From Candidatus Hydrogenedentota bacterium (GTDB taxonomy: Bacteria; Hydrogenedentota; Hydrogenedentia; Hydrogenedentales; SLHB01), in assembly GCA_963668025.2 (NCBI GenBank), contig CAXXTH010000019.1:32001-96000 (forward strand): a DNA stretch of 64,000 nt, read 5' to 3'. Below, in pieces: positions 9,936 through 19,883 of the stretch; positions within the stretch are counted from its first letter, which is position 1, and every line of letters begins with the position of its first letter. The notes below the pieces were generated by a model. It made no database searches. It saw nothing but the letters and a program-made list of their open reading frames with translations, and was not told the origin of the DNA. The translations under genes were made by a program, and so were the position numbers.

Positions 9936-11531
9936 ATGTTTGTACGAACGAAAAAACGCGGCGACAGCAGTTATGTATCGATTGTCAAGAACCAGCGGGT
10001 GGATGGGAAAATAATCCAAACCGTCATTGCTTCACTGGGGCGGCTGGATCACCTGGGGGTATCCGGCGAACTGGAAGGGCTATACCGTTCACTTCAACGC
10101 TTCATAGAAAATCCAGAAGCCCAGGAAGCGCCTGCATCCTCCGCAAAAGAGGCTCCCCCCATAACGGTATTGGACGCACATTCCACAGGAGTCCAACATG
10201 CGTTTGCCGCGTTATGGCGCGGCGCCGGTTTGGACCGCTTGTTTGACGGGAAGGCCCCGAACCAGGCGGGGCTGCCTGCGGCATTTGGACAGGCCGTATA
10301 CGCCCACACGCGGGATCAGTTTACCGGAGAACAACACATCCTTCATGACCTCGTGGAGCGCTACCGCGCCCTGGGGGCGCTTGGCCGTCCCATCGCCCAG
10401 CCAAGCGAGCGCGCGAATGGGCTTCCTCCCGGCGTCAAAGCCGCCAGCGCCTCCGTGCAGTATGTTCATGAAACATTGGAGCAAGCATTTCTTCAACATC
10501 GAGTTTCGCAACAGCCAGACGGCATGCGAGGCGTTTTTTTATGTCCCGTTCCGCTGGCGCTGGAAAATACGGGAACTGCTCATCCAAATGGACGCCTTGC
10601 GCTCGTACTGGCGTTTGATTTGGACGGCTGGCCCTTGGGCGTACGGGCGTATCCTGGGGGCGCTACGCTGCGGCGCGACCTGGAAGGTTTCGCACGCCAT
10701 TTCCAACAAGCATATGGCGCACGCCAGATCGGCCTGGCCGAAGCGGAGCCTGGCTATGGGCTTGGGCCATCTTTAACAGGCGGCGCATACATCCATGCGG
10801 AGCCGTTGCGCCATTCTCATGCTCCAAACCGGGGCGGGCTGGCCCGGCTCACTTCCTTCACCTCGCTGGCCAGTGCGCCATTTGGCGCACACTGGGCCTG
10901 GGCGGAGAGGATTTCAGAAGGAAACCGCTGGCTTCTTGCCTTTGATGAAACGCTTGCCGCACAAGAGGCGCTTGAACGCCAGGCGAACATGGCGGCGCTT
11001 CAAGACGCCTTGGATGCAGGCGATACGGCGTTCCTCCTCCATCCCCGGCGCAGGCCATGGGTGCGCGCTCATGGGACGCGCGTTTCCATCGATACGGAGC
11101 GCATGGCGGAAGATGTATTATATGACGGCAAGTGGCTTGTGCAAGGGCCGGAGGACTGGCCGGTCCGTGATGTTCAAACAGGTTTTATATGTGCATGCGA
11201 AGCGGCAGCGTTGTCAGCCCGCTTGTCGGCCTGCATGGGAAGGCATGCTTTGCTTCATGGCAGCGGCGCGGTGATACGCGGACAGGCCTTTTGCGCCTTT
11301 CTTGCGCTGTTCCTGCGCCGGGAGTTGATGGGCAAGCTTGCGAGCCAGGGCAATACAATGGCCTGGAATGAAGTGCGAGAAGCCTTGGACTCCCTAATCG
11401 AGGCAGGCGTGGTCCAGCAGGATCGCCGCAGGGTGCTCTATTCGGAACCAAACGCCATGGCGCTCGATGCCCTCAAGGCTTGCGGCGCGGCATGGCCTTT
11501 ACCGGAAGCAGCAGCGCTGGGGAGAACCTAG
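9936..11531 (+). CDS. IS1634-transposase-derived protein with degenerate catalytic core
   Basis: IS1634-like N-terminus MFVRTKK...YVSIVKNQRVDGKIIQTVIASLGRLD, YDGKWLV, and C-terminal IRGQAFCAFLALFLRREL. DDE motifs are not recognisable and no TIRs were seen. Confidence 0.7.
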   Translation: MFVRTKKRGDSSYVSIVKNQRVDGKIIQTVIASLGRLDHLGVSGELEGLYRSLQRFIENPEAQEAPASSAKEAPPITVLDAHSTGVQHAFAALWRGAGLDRLFDGKAPNQAGLPAAFGQAVYAHTRDQFTGEQHILHDLVERYRALGALGRPIAQPSERANGLPPGVKAASASVQYVHETLEQAFLQHRVSQQPDGMRGVFLCPVPLALENTGTAHPNGRLALVLAFDLDGWPLGVRAYPGGATLRRDLEGFARHFQQAYGARQIGLAEAEPGYGLGPSLTGGAYIHAEPLRHSHAPNRGGLARLTSFTSLASAPFGAHWAWAERISEGNRWLLAFDETLAAQEALERQANMAALQDALDAGDTAFLLHPRRRPWVRAHGTRVSIDTERMAEDVLYDGKWLVQGPEDWPVRDVQTGFICACEAAALSARLSACMGRHALLHGSGAVIRGQAFCAFLALFLRRELMGKLASQGNTMAWNEVREALDSLIEAGVVQQDRRRVLYSEPNAMALDALKACGAAWPLPEAAALGRT

Positions 11532-11555
11532 CCATTTCAGGAAGGGGTGACGCAC

Positions 11556-12563
11556 ATGACCAACCGTGAACGGGTGATTGCCAGCCTCCGGCATGAACAG
11601 CCGGATCGCACGCCATACCATATCGAGTTAACCTTCAAGGCGCGGGAACGGCTTATCGCTCATCCCAAAGGCCCCGAAGCCCTGGAGCGCCTCAGCAACT
11701 GCTGCTACAAACTCTCGACGGAAATACCAGGCCAGGCATGGCGGGAAGTGCGCCCGGATATCTGGGAAGACCAGTTCGGCGTGCGGTGGAACCGCTCGGT
11801 CGATAAAGATATCGGCGTTGTGTGCAACCAGGTGGTCCGCGAAGACAACTTGGAATCCTATGTGTTTCCTGATCCCCATGATGCGGAGCGCTGGGAGTGG
11901 TATCCAGACGCCATCGCTGTCAGCGCTGGGCGTTTCGTGCTGCCGGAACTGGGCTTCAGCCTGTTCGAGCGGGCGTGGACGCTGTATGGCATGGAAAACC
12001 TGCTGGTCGCCATGGCGTCGAATCCTTCCTTCGCCCATAAGCTCTTCGACCGTATTCTCGAATACAACCTGGCCATTATCGGGCATGCCTGCTCGTACGC
12101 TATTGACGGCATGGAGTTTGGCGATGACTGGGGTTCGCAAAGCGGCCTCATCATGGGCGCGGAGCTTTGGCGTGAATTCATCGGCCCCCGCGTGCGCCAG
12201 ATGTACCAGGCGGTGCATGCGCACGGCAAATACGTCTTCATCCATAGCTGCGGCAAAGTGGATGAATTGTTCTCCGACCTGATCGAATCCGGGCTGGACT
12301 GCTTCAATCCCTTCCAGCCGGAAGTCATGGACCCATTCGAGATGAAACGGCGGTACGGCGCGCGCCTGAGTTTCTGGGGCGGCGTCAGCACCCAGCGCAC
12401 GCTCCCCTATGCCTCGGAAGAAGCGGTCAAAGAAGAAGTGCGGCGTTTGCTGCGCGAGGTAGGCAAAGACGGCGGCTACATCGCCGCACCTGCCCACGCG
12501 GCACCCGGCGACGCCAAACCGGAAAATATTATCGCCATGATCGAAGCGCTGACGGAGCAATGA
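11556..12563 (+). CDS. Uroporphyrinogen decarboxylase / MtaA-CmuA family protein
   Basis: MTNRERV...PDRTP, GDDWGSQ, HSCG, FWGGVSTQ, GGYIAAPAH. Alternative GTG start at 11547. Confidence 0.85.
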   Translation: MTNRERVIASLRHEQPDRTPYHIELTFKARERLIAHPKGPEALERLSNCCYKLSTEIPGQAWREVRPDIWEDQFGVRWNRSVDKDIGVVCNQVVREDNLESYVFPDPHDAERWEWYPDAIAVSAGRFVLPELGFSLFERAWTLYGMENLLVAMASNPSFAHKLFDRILEYNLAIIGHACSYAIDGMEFGDDWGSQSGLIMGAELWREFIGPRVRQMYQAVHAHGKYVFIHSCGKVDELFSDLIESGLDCFNPFQPEVMDPFEMKRRYGARLSFWGGVSTQRTLPYASEEAVKEEVRRLLREVGKDGGYIAAPAHAAPGDAKPENIIAMIEALTEQ

Positions 12564-12566
12564 ATT

Positions 12567-12629
12567 GCAGGGTGGGACTTGCCCAGCCGTTTATAGCGGA
12601 ACGCTACGGTGGGGCAAGCCCCACCCTAC
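12567..12629. repeat. REP-like inverted pair, family A (GTAGGGTGGGGCTTGCCCCACC)
   Basis: GCAGGGTGGGACTTGCCCAGCC...GGTGGGGCAAGCCCCACCCTAC. A second pair lies at 26912-27065. Confidence 0.75.
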
Positions 12630-12715
12630 GGGACTTTTACCATAAAAATGAACAATACAAATCACTAGAGCGATTCAAGATTGGATATAACGATGAAAAT
12701 GGATTCTACTTTACC

Positions 12716-12763
12716 GTAGCATGGGCGTCCCGGCCATGCGCATGGGCGGGACGCCCATGCTAC
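12716..12763. repeat. REP-like inverted pair, family B (GTAGCATGGGCGTCCCGCCCATG)
   Basis: GTAGCATGGGCGTCCCGGCCATG-CG-CATGGGCGGGACGCCCATGCTAC. A second copy lies at 37390-37445. Confidence 0.8.
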
Positions 12764-12811
12764 ATCGCCTGAAATCTTCTTCGGACTGTACGGGTCTTAA
12801 CAGGAAAACTT

Positions 12812-14650
12812 ATGCACTATCTAGCTATAGACGGCGGCAGCACGGCCACCCGGGCCGGGCTGTATTCGGAATCCGTGGAATTGCTCACGGAAGCCGAAGG
12901 GCCGCCCAGCAATCCGCTGGCGTACGGCGCTGATGCCTGTATCGAGGTAATCCGCGAATTGGCGGCTCAACTGGGTGTGCTAGCCAGTCCACATCCGCTA
13001 CGCGTGGCGGCGGGTATCTCCGGGGCGTCGAAGCCCTCGATACGCGACGCCCTCGCGCCGGTGTTATGCGCCGCATTACATGCGGATTGGGCCGTCGTGA
13101 CGGATGATTTGCGGCCTATTTTGTACGCCAATGTAGGGGAAGGCCCAGGAGCCGTCGTGGTGGCGGGCACGGGTTCGAGCGTGGTAGCCCAAGCGGCAGG
13201 CGGCCAGACGCTTCTCGCCGGTGGGCGCGGGGCGGTTTTTGGCGATGATGGCGGGGCCTACGCCTTGGCGGTGGCCGGTTTGCGCGCCGCCGCGGACGCC
13301 ATAGATGGTATAGGGCCAAATACGGCGCTGGCGGCTGCATTGCTGGCGGGAGCGAAACTCGCCCAGTTCTCGGAATTGCCCGCGTGGACGTTGAACGCAT
13401 CAAAACGGGAAATCGCATCCCTTGCGCGAGTGGTGTTGGATTGCGCGTCGCAAGGCGATGCGCTGGCTAAACAGTGCGCCGATGAACAAGCGGAGCGCCT
13501 CGCCGCACAAGCAGCCGCCGCGCACCGGCGGCTGGCATTGCCGCCAAACACGCCTTTTTTACTACATGGCGGGCTTTTCGAGCATGCGCCCGAATACCGG
13601 GATGCTTTCACGCATGCGCTCGAACGGCTGATGCCAAACGCGGCCATCCGCGTTCCTGGCTTGCGCGGCCATCGCGCGGCAGCCGAACTGGCGCGGACAG
13701 CAGAATTGCCCGGCTGGTTCCTGGGCAGCGCGGCGCGGCGCGGTGATCTGCCCGAGAAGAGCGAACTGCCGCCCACGGAAATGCGCGCCACTAGCCATCC
13801 GCCACTCGACCGGTTAAGCGCGTTGGAAATCGTCCATGCGATGAACCGGGAAGACCACCGGGCCGTCGAGGCTGTCGCGCATGAAGCAAACATCATTGCA
13901 AAAGTCATCGAGCGCGTGGCGGCGGCGTTTCGCGCGGGTGGGCGGCTCATCTATATGGGTGCGGGCACCAGTGGGCGGCTGGGCGTGCTGGACGCATCGG
14001 AATGCCCGCCCACGTTCGGCGTGCCGCCGGAACTGGTCATCGGCATGATCGCCGGGGGCGACAACGCCTTGCGAAAGAGCATAGAAGGCGCGGAGGATAA
14101 TCCCGCTGAAGCGGTGGCGTCCATCGAAGCTTTATCGCCGCCCATCGGCCCGAACGATGTGCTGGTAGGCATCGCCGCCTCGGGCACGACGCCTTATGTC
14201 CTTGGCGCATTGGCGTATGCGGAGGCGCGTGGCGCGGAGCCGGTGCTTTTGTGCTGCAATCCCGCACAGCGGGGTGCGGCGCGGATGGTTATCGCCCTCG
14301 ATACGGGCCCAGAAGCTCTCACCGGCTCGACGCGCCTCAAAGCAGGCACCGCCACGAAACTGGTATTGAACATGATTACGACGGGAGCTATGGCGCGTTC
14401 CGGCTACATATATGAAGGCTTGATGGTGCGGGTGCGCCCTGTGAACGCGAAGCTGCGCCAACGTGCAGCCCGGATCACCGCCACACTGGCAGGCATGGAC
14501 GAAGAAACCGCTGGCGCATTGCTCGAACGTGCGGACGGCGAGATTGGCGTTGCGGTGCTCATGGCCCTGCGGAGATTGTCCGTGGAGGATGCCACGGAGC
14601 GCTTCGCCCGATGCGGCTATGACCTTCGCGCCGCACTGGATGTTTTGTAA
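12812..14650 (+). CDS. murQ: Fusion of BadF-type N-acetylmuramate/GlcNAc kinase and MurNAc-6-phosphate etherase
   Basis: N-terminal half: AIDGGST, AGTGS, GDDGGAY. C-terminal half: GAGTSGRLGVLDASECPPTFG, GSTRLKAGTATKLVLNMIT. Confidence 0.9.
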   Translation: MHYLAIDGGSTATRAGLYSESVELLTEAEGPPSNPLAYGADACIEVIRELAAQLGVLASPHPLRVAAGISGASKPSIRDALAPVLCAALHADWAVVTDDLRPILYANVGEGPGAVVVAGTGSSVVAQAAGGQTLLAGGRGAVFGDDGGAYALAVAGLRAAADAIDGIGPNTALAAALLAGAKLAQFSELPAWTLNASKREIASLARVVLDCASQGDALAKQCADEQAERLAAQAAAAHRRLALPPNTPFLLHGGLFEHAPEYRDAFTHALERLMPNAAIRVPGLRGHRAAAELARTAELPGWFLGSAARRGDLPEKSELPPTEMRATSHPPLDRLSALEIVHAMNREDHRAVEAVAHEANIIAKVIERVAAAFRAGGRLIYMGAGTSGRLGVLDASECPPTFGVPPELVIGMIAGGDNALRKSIEGAEDNPAEAVASIEALSPPIGPNDVLVGIAASGTTPYVLGALAYAEARGAEPVLLCCNPAQRGAARMVIALDTGPEALTGSTRLKAGTATKLVLNMITTGAMARSGYIYEGLMVRVRPVNAKLRQRAARITATLAGMDEETAGALLERADGEIGVAVLMALRRLSVEDATERFARCGYDLRAALDVL

Positions 14651-14963
14651 ATCGGACAGGCCAACCACAGCTAGAATGGATACAAATCACAAGCCAGTTG
14701 ACTGGCTCGTTTAGCAGCCACGGAACTCACAGGAGTTTACCTGTTTATCTTTTAAGTCTCTTGTACTACTATTTTTGCAAATCGCGGAAAAAATAGAGTT
14801 GTATTATACTTGATATTTTACAACTCGATATAGACGGGCATTTTCAGCGCAGAAGCGCGGAGAACGCGGAGCTCCGCCTATATCCGAATGGCGAAATCAC
14901 AATATCATTGAAACCATATCGAGATGATTCATTCGCAGTCATTGAATATGTGGAGAACAATAC

Positions 14964-16103
14964 ATGAGCAGCGATTATATCCCCTTCAACCGGCCTTGCT
15001 TCGAGGGTAAAGAACTGGCGTATATCACCGAGGCGGTCGGCAGCGGCAAGATCTCGGGCGATGGGGCCTTTACGCGCAAGTGCGAGTCGTTTCTCGCGGA
15101 AAAGCTGGGCGTTTTAAAAGCGCTGCTCACCACCTCCTGCACGGACGCCCTCGAAATGGCCGCTATCCTCGCACGCATCGAGCTGGGCGACGAAGTGATT
15201 GTGCCGTCGTTCACCTTCGTCTCGACGATCAATGCCTTTGTCTTGCGGGGATGCACACCCGTGTTCATCGATTCCCGCCCCGACACGTTGAACATGGACG
15301 AGGCCCAACTCGATGCCCTTATCACGCCACGCACCAAAGCCATCGTGCCGGTCCACTATGCGGGCGTGGGATGTGAGATGGACATGATTCTGCCGCTCGC
15401 CGCCCGCCATGGCATTCCCGTGATCGAGGACAACGCGGGGGGGCTGTTGGGCAAGTACCGGGGCCGTTATTTAGGCTCGCTGGGCCATATGGCCACGCAG
15501 AGCTTCCATGAAACGAAAAATTTCACTTGCGGCGAGGGCGGCGCGCTGCTCATCAACGATCCAGCCCTTATCGAGCGGGCGGAGATCATCCGCGAAAAAG
15601 GCACCAACCGTAGCCAGTTCTTTCGCGGGCAAGTGGATAAATATTCCTGGGTGGATGTCGGTTCGAGTTTTTTGCCTTCGGATGTCGTGGCGGCATTTCT
15701 GTACGCCCAGCTCGAATTCCATGAACGCATCCAAGCCAAGCGCAGACAGGTATGGGACGCCTACCAAACCGGCCTGGCGGATTGGGCGCTCGAGCAGGGC
15801 GTGCGCCTGCCCATCATTCCAAGCCATTGCGAGCAGTCGTACCACATGTTTTATATGCTCATGCCTTCGCTGGACGCCCGGCAACGGTTAATCGCCCATC
15901 TCGGCGCACGGAACATATTAGCCGTGTTCCACTATCTCCCGCTGCACCTCTCTACCATGGGCCAGCGCTACGGGGGGCGTGTGGGCCAGTGCCCCGTGGC
16001 GGAAGATGTGAGCGACCGCCTCATCCGGCTGCCGTTCTATAATGACCTGCCCATTGAAGACCAATGCCGCGTGATCGATGCTGTCCAGGATTTCCGGACA
16101 TGA
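14964..16103 (+). CDS. wecE: dTDP-4-amino-4,6-dideoxygalactose transaminase (DegT family)
   Basis: IPFNRP, SGDGAFT, TTSCTDALEMAA, SFHETKN, REKGTNRSQFFRGQVDKYSW. Confidence 0.9.
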   Translation: MSSDYIPFNRPCFEGKELAYITEAVGSGKISGDGAFTRKCESFLAEKLGVLKALLTTSCTDALEMAAILARIELGDEVIVPSFTFVSTINAFVLRGCTPVFIDSRPDTLNMDEAQLDALITPRTKAIVPVHYAGVGCEMDMILPLAARHGIPVIEDNAGGLLGKYRGRYLGSLGHMATQSFHETKNFTCGEGGALLINDPALIERAEIIREKGTNRSQFFRGQVDKYSWVDVGSSFLPSDVVAAFLYAQLEFHERIQAKRRQVWDAYQTGLADWALEQGVRLPIIPSHCEQSYHMFYMLMPSLDARQRLIAHLGARNILAVFHYLPLHLSTMGQRYGGRVGQCPVAEDVSDRLIRLPFYNDLPIEDQCRVIDAVQDFRT

Positions 16104-16195
16104 TGCGTCCATATTGACAGGGGCCTATGCCGATCTGCGATACTGCAAGAAAGGTCGGATGCCTCTGAATATAACCCAAATAAAGGAATATACAT

Positions 16196-16696
16196 ATGAA
16201 ACTTGTTGCGTTTAAGGAACTCAGCCTGGAAGGTTTCCTTCCGTATGGCGCGTATGTGAACCTAATCAATCCATCGACGGAGAAGATCGGCGAGGAGCCG
16301 ATAGAGTTTTACCGCGATATGGCCTTGCTCGGACTTGGCGGCAACACGAGCGTTTCGTTTTCGATTTGCCATGTCCTCAAACGTGAGCCGGTCATAAACG
16401 TGATCGAATATCATACCGCGTGCGGCGAAGGCATTTTGCCAATCGATGGCGATGTCCTCATCCATGTCGCCCCCGCCACACCCAATGGCGTAGCGCCATT
16501 CGACCGCATTGAGGTTTTCCGGGCGCCGAAGGGCACGCTTGTGACCATCAAGCCCGGCGTATGGCATCATGCCCCCTTCGCTTATCAGTGCGACATAGTG
16601 AATACGCTCATTGTCCTCCCCGAACGCACGTACGCCCACGACTGCATAGTAGTCGAGATTCCAGAAAGTGAACACCTGAAGATTGAAGGGGCGTGA
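16196..16696 (+). CDS. Ureidoglycolate lyase-family cupin protein
   Basis: LSLEGFLPYG, EYH...E and GVWHHAP motifs. Confidence 0.7.
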   Translation: MKLVAFKELSLEGFLPYGAYVNLINPSTEKIGEEPIEFYRDMALLGLGGNTSVSFSICHVLKREPVINVIEYHTACGEGILPIDGDVLIHVAPATPNGVAPFDRIEVFRAPKGTLVTIKPGVWHHAPFAYQCDIVNTLIVLPERTYAHDCIVVEIPESEHLKIEGA

Positions 16697-16736
16697 CCGC
16701 CTAAACGAGCTTTATGCTGGGATTTTCCGCGCGGCG

Positions 16737-17675
16737 CTATGGTGTGTGCCGCGCGGAATCAATTGATTTTAACCAGGCGACGGCATCACCCACCACTTGA
16801 TTGAACATTTTCGGATCGAGGCCGATATGGTCGCCCGCATACCAGCGCTGTGATTTTGGTGCTTGTGCGGCGGCGAAAAGGGCTTCGGCGGCTTTCGTGG
16901 GGATAAGGGAATCATCGAGCCCATTCTGGAAGAACAGGGGGCGCGGGGCTATCCTCGCGATGCTTAGAATGGGATCGGCGGGTTTCATGAGCCACGCCGT
17001 GAGCATGCGCGCGGGATAATTCCATATGCCCAGCTCGTGATGCGCGGCTTGGCTATCGAGCAGAAGCGGCAGGCTGCCTCCTCCGTATACCAAGCCCATC
17101 GCTTGAATGCGCGAATCACCTGCTGCCGCAGTGGCGCCTACGATAGCGCCATAACTCGCCCCTAAGAGATAAATGCGGCTGGCATCTATATCTGGCCGCG
17201 TTTGCAGATAATCAACAAGCCTGCGCGTTTCCGCTACCGTAAGGGCGGGGCGCTGGCGGAATGCCATAGCGGAATCCCAAATATCCGGTTCTTTCAAAAC
17301 ACGAGAGCCGCACATAAGCTGGTCGAAGGTGGCCATGGCGAATCCGGCTTCAATAAAAGGCGGCGCAATGGCGTTGAGGAAATGACGGCCCTGATTGATG
17401 CCATGCAGGAAGACGACGCAAGGCGCGGGGCGCGAGGCGTCGGGCGGAAGCGCCAGCGCCGAAGGAATGGGCCCACAGGGCCCATCTATGGAAAAGAGAA
17501 CGTGATAATAGGCCCCGCGCATTTCATCGGATTCAAGGCGGAACGAAACAGGTTCTGTCGTGGCATACCCGTCAAAGTAATGCGTATCCGCGTTTGATTT
17601 CCACGCAAAAATGGCCACAATCGACAAAACAATGGCGATTGCGGCCAAAACACAAACCCACTTCAACATCCGCAT
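16737..17675 (-). CDS. Exported alpha/beta-hydrolase (esterase)
   Basis: N-terminal TM/signal, VFLHG, nucleophile motif GASYG, DDSLIP, and a late His (GDHIG). Confidence 0.8.
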   Translation of the reverse strand: MRMLKWVCVLAAIAIVLSIVAIFAWKSNADTHYFDGYATTEPVSFRLESDEMRGAYYHVLFSIDGPCGPIPSALALPPDASRPAPCVVFLHGINQGRHFLNAIAPPFIEAGFAMATFDQLMCGSRVLKEPDIWDSAMAFRQRPALTVAETRRLVDYLQTRPDIDASRIYLLGASYGAIVGATAAAGDSRIQAMGLVYGGGSLPLLLDSQAAHHELGIWNYPARMLTAWLMKPADPILSIARIAPRPLFFQNGLDDSLIPTKAAEALFAAAQAPKSQRWYAGDHIGLDPKMFNQVVGDAVAWLKSIDSARHTP

Positions 17676-17735
17676 TACCTATTTATCCTGAATGAGCAGG
17701 CGCGATTTGCTCATGCTCGTTTGCGAGAAGCGACG

Positions 17736-19637
17736 CTATTCATCTTTCATGTTGGGATTGATGCTGTTCCAGAACGTAGGCGGCGCCCCGGTATCAGGGA
17801 GATCATATTGGATGCCCAGCTCTTTCAAGAGCACCCCTTCCGCCAGCCGCAGATCCACGATTGCTTTCTCATATGAAATCGTGGACTGCAATTCCTGGGT
17901 TTGCGCGGCGGTGAGATCACTTTGGATGCGCAGCAGTTCGAAGCTGGTGGTGACCCCGAGGCGCAAGCGCTTTTCTTCCGCAGCCACATTGGTTTCCTGT
18001 AGCCGGCGCGCCTGTTTGTTGCTCTCAACCAATATCCGGCTGGTGCCCACGTTGCGCAAAGCCATGCGGACATTAAGCATGGCGTCTTGTTTGGCTTTTT
18101 CCAGGCGCGCCTGCATTTCACGCTTGTCGAAGACCGCCCGTTGATATTGCCCGCGCCCTGTTTTATTGCCCAGCGGCACGCTTCCTTGCAGGCCCACGGA
18201 ATATGAATTATCTTTCCGCTCGGTGATGCCGTCCCAGATTTTGCTTGCTTCCGCGCCGCGTCCGCCTTGGCCAAGCGTACCCGAGAGATCGACTTGCGGC
18301 AGCATCGCGTTTTTAGAGCGCTTGCGTTCGATTTCCGCGCTATCAATCGCCGTTTCCGCACTGCGGATATCCGGCCGGTTTTCGATGGCGAGAGCGACGC
18401 TTTTATCCTCATCCAGCTCGATATCGCTCAGGCTGGGGCGATCCACGGGATCGAGCATGTTCCGAGACAGCATCTCGCCATCACGCATGTTAATCACGTT
18501 TTTTAAACGATCCGCCGCGTCGCGGGCCTGTGAACGGGCCGAGATAAGGTCGCTCTGGCGCGTGGCCACCCCGGCCTTGGCCTGCACGACCTCGAGGGCG
18601 GCTCCGGTGCCGATCCTGTTGCGTTCCTCGTTGATTTGCAACAACCGCTCGGCATTATCAAGCGCTTCCTGCTGCACCTTGATATATTCAACGGACCCCA
18701 CGAGATCCCAATAGGCGCGCACCACTTCGGCAATGGTGTTCATGACTTGCAGTTCCACTTGATCATCCGCTTGCAGCCGGCTGTTTTTCGCCATACGGAT
18801 CTGGGCAAGGTTGTAATCTTTACCGTAACCGCGCAGGAGAGGCTGGGTGACTTTCAACGTTAAATCGCCATTCCAGTCCGGTTTGAAGCTGTTATACGTC
18901 GTTTTGTCCCGGCTCATATCAAGGGTGAGCGTATACTGTGTTCCCCATTTCAATTTTCCAGAAAGCGAGGCCTGCCCGCCATCGTGCTTGGATTTCACGG
19001 ATTCCAAACCGCCATACCGGATGATTTCCGCTGAGTTGGTCTGCTCCACCTCCGCATAGGTGTAATTCGATCCCAAAATAGGGTCAAACTCGCCTTGGGC
19101 CGCCAAGATGTCCATGTCGGATTTCATGGGAGTGAATTGGATAATCTGGATATCTTGATTGCGTTCAAGGGCCATCCGCACGCAGTCATCGAGTGATACG
19201 CGGACGGATTCCCGCTGGGATTCTTCTTGTACAGCTTTATTGAGCTGTTCCAGCTCGATGGTGTCCAGCTTCAAGCGCAATCTAGCGCCGCCGCTTTTTC
19301 CAGGAAGCGCGCCCCGGTTGGGATCGAGCTGTTCATCCACACTCAGCACGCCTTTGCCATTCGTAGGCGCTTCACCGGCGGGAGCGGGGCTTGCTGTATC
19401 GGATACGGGTTCCGGCGAAGACTCCGCCGAAGCCGCTTCCGCCTGGTCCGCTTGAGCGAGCCGCCGCAATTCCGCGCCTACATCGCCTATAGGCTCTACT
19501 TTGTTATTCTCAGAAGATTGAGCTTGCCAATCCGATGCGGAAAGAGGAGCCGTATCATCGGCGGCCAAAGCGATAGTTGCCATGGGAAACACGCAAACCA
19601 TGATCCATACGGCCAGTGCGAATCGCGCAGAATTCAT
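17736..19637 (-). CDS. TolC-family outer membrane channel
   Basis: Signal peptide, SLDDCVRMALERN, VVRAYWDL, RPDIRSAE, LPQVDLSG, RLRLGVTTSFELL. Confidence 0.88.
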   Translation of the reverse strand: MNSARFALAVWIMVCVFPMATIALAADDTAPLSASDWQAQSSENNKVEPIGDVGAELRRLAQADQAEAASAESSPEPVSDTASPAPAGEAPTNGKGVLSVDEQLDPNRGALPGKSGGARLRLKLDTIELEQLNKAVQEESQRESVRVSLDDCVRMALERNQDIQIIQFTPMKSDMDILAAQGEFDPILGSNYTYAEVEQTNSAEIIRYGGLESVKSKHDGGQASLSGKLKWGTQYTLTLDMSRDKTTYNSFKPDWNGDLTLKVTQPLLRGYGKDYNLAQIRMAKNSRLQADDQVELQVMNTIAEVVRAYWDLVGSVEYIKVQQEALDNAERLLQINEERNRIGTGAALEVVQAKAGVATRQSDLISARSQARDAADRLKNVINMRDGEMLSRNMLDPVDRPSLSDIELDEDKSVALAIENRPDIRSAETAIDSAEIERKRSKNAMLPQVDLSGTLGQGGRGAEASKIWDGITERKDNSYSVGLQGSVPLGNKTGRGQYQRAVFDKREMQARLEKAKQDAMLNVRMALRNVGTSRILVESNKQARRLQETNVAAEEKRLRLGVTTSFELLRIQSDLTAAQTQELQSTISYEKAIVDLRLAEGVLLKELGIQYDLPDTGAPPTFWNSINPNMKDE

Positions 19638-19883
19638 AGATGCCTCCTGATTGCCTTTCCGCCCATGGCGGAAAACGCACATAGCTTCCCCCGCCAGGCT
19701 GCCATCCTCTTGGACCGGTGTTGTTCTCCCCCGGTTTCACCGTGCAATCCCACGGCGTTACGCCAAGCGGCCTTGAACTGCTTGCAGTGTACTATGCGGT
19801 GGAACGGTTATCAAACACCACGCCTGACCGGCGCTGGCGCAAAAAAAAATCCACCTGATGTAAAGGTGTGAGATAGCAAACGG

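Noticed and set aside
14964-16103. wecE as part of an O-antigen or ECA cluster
   Set aside because: No other nucleotide-sugar or glycosyltransferase genes are adjacent; it is an isolated gene.
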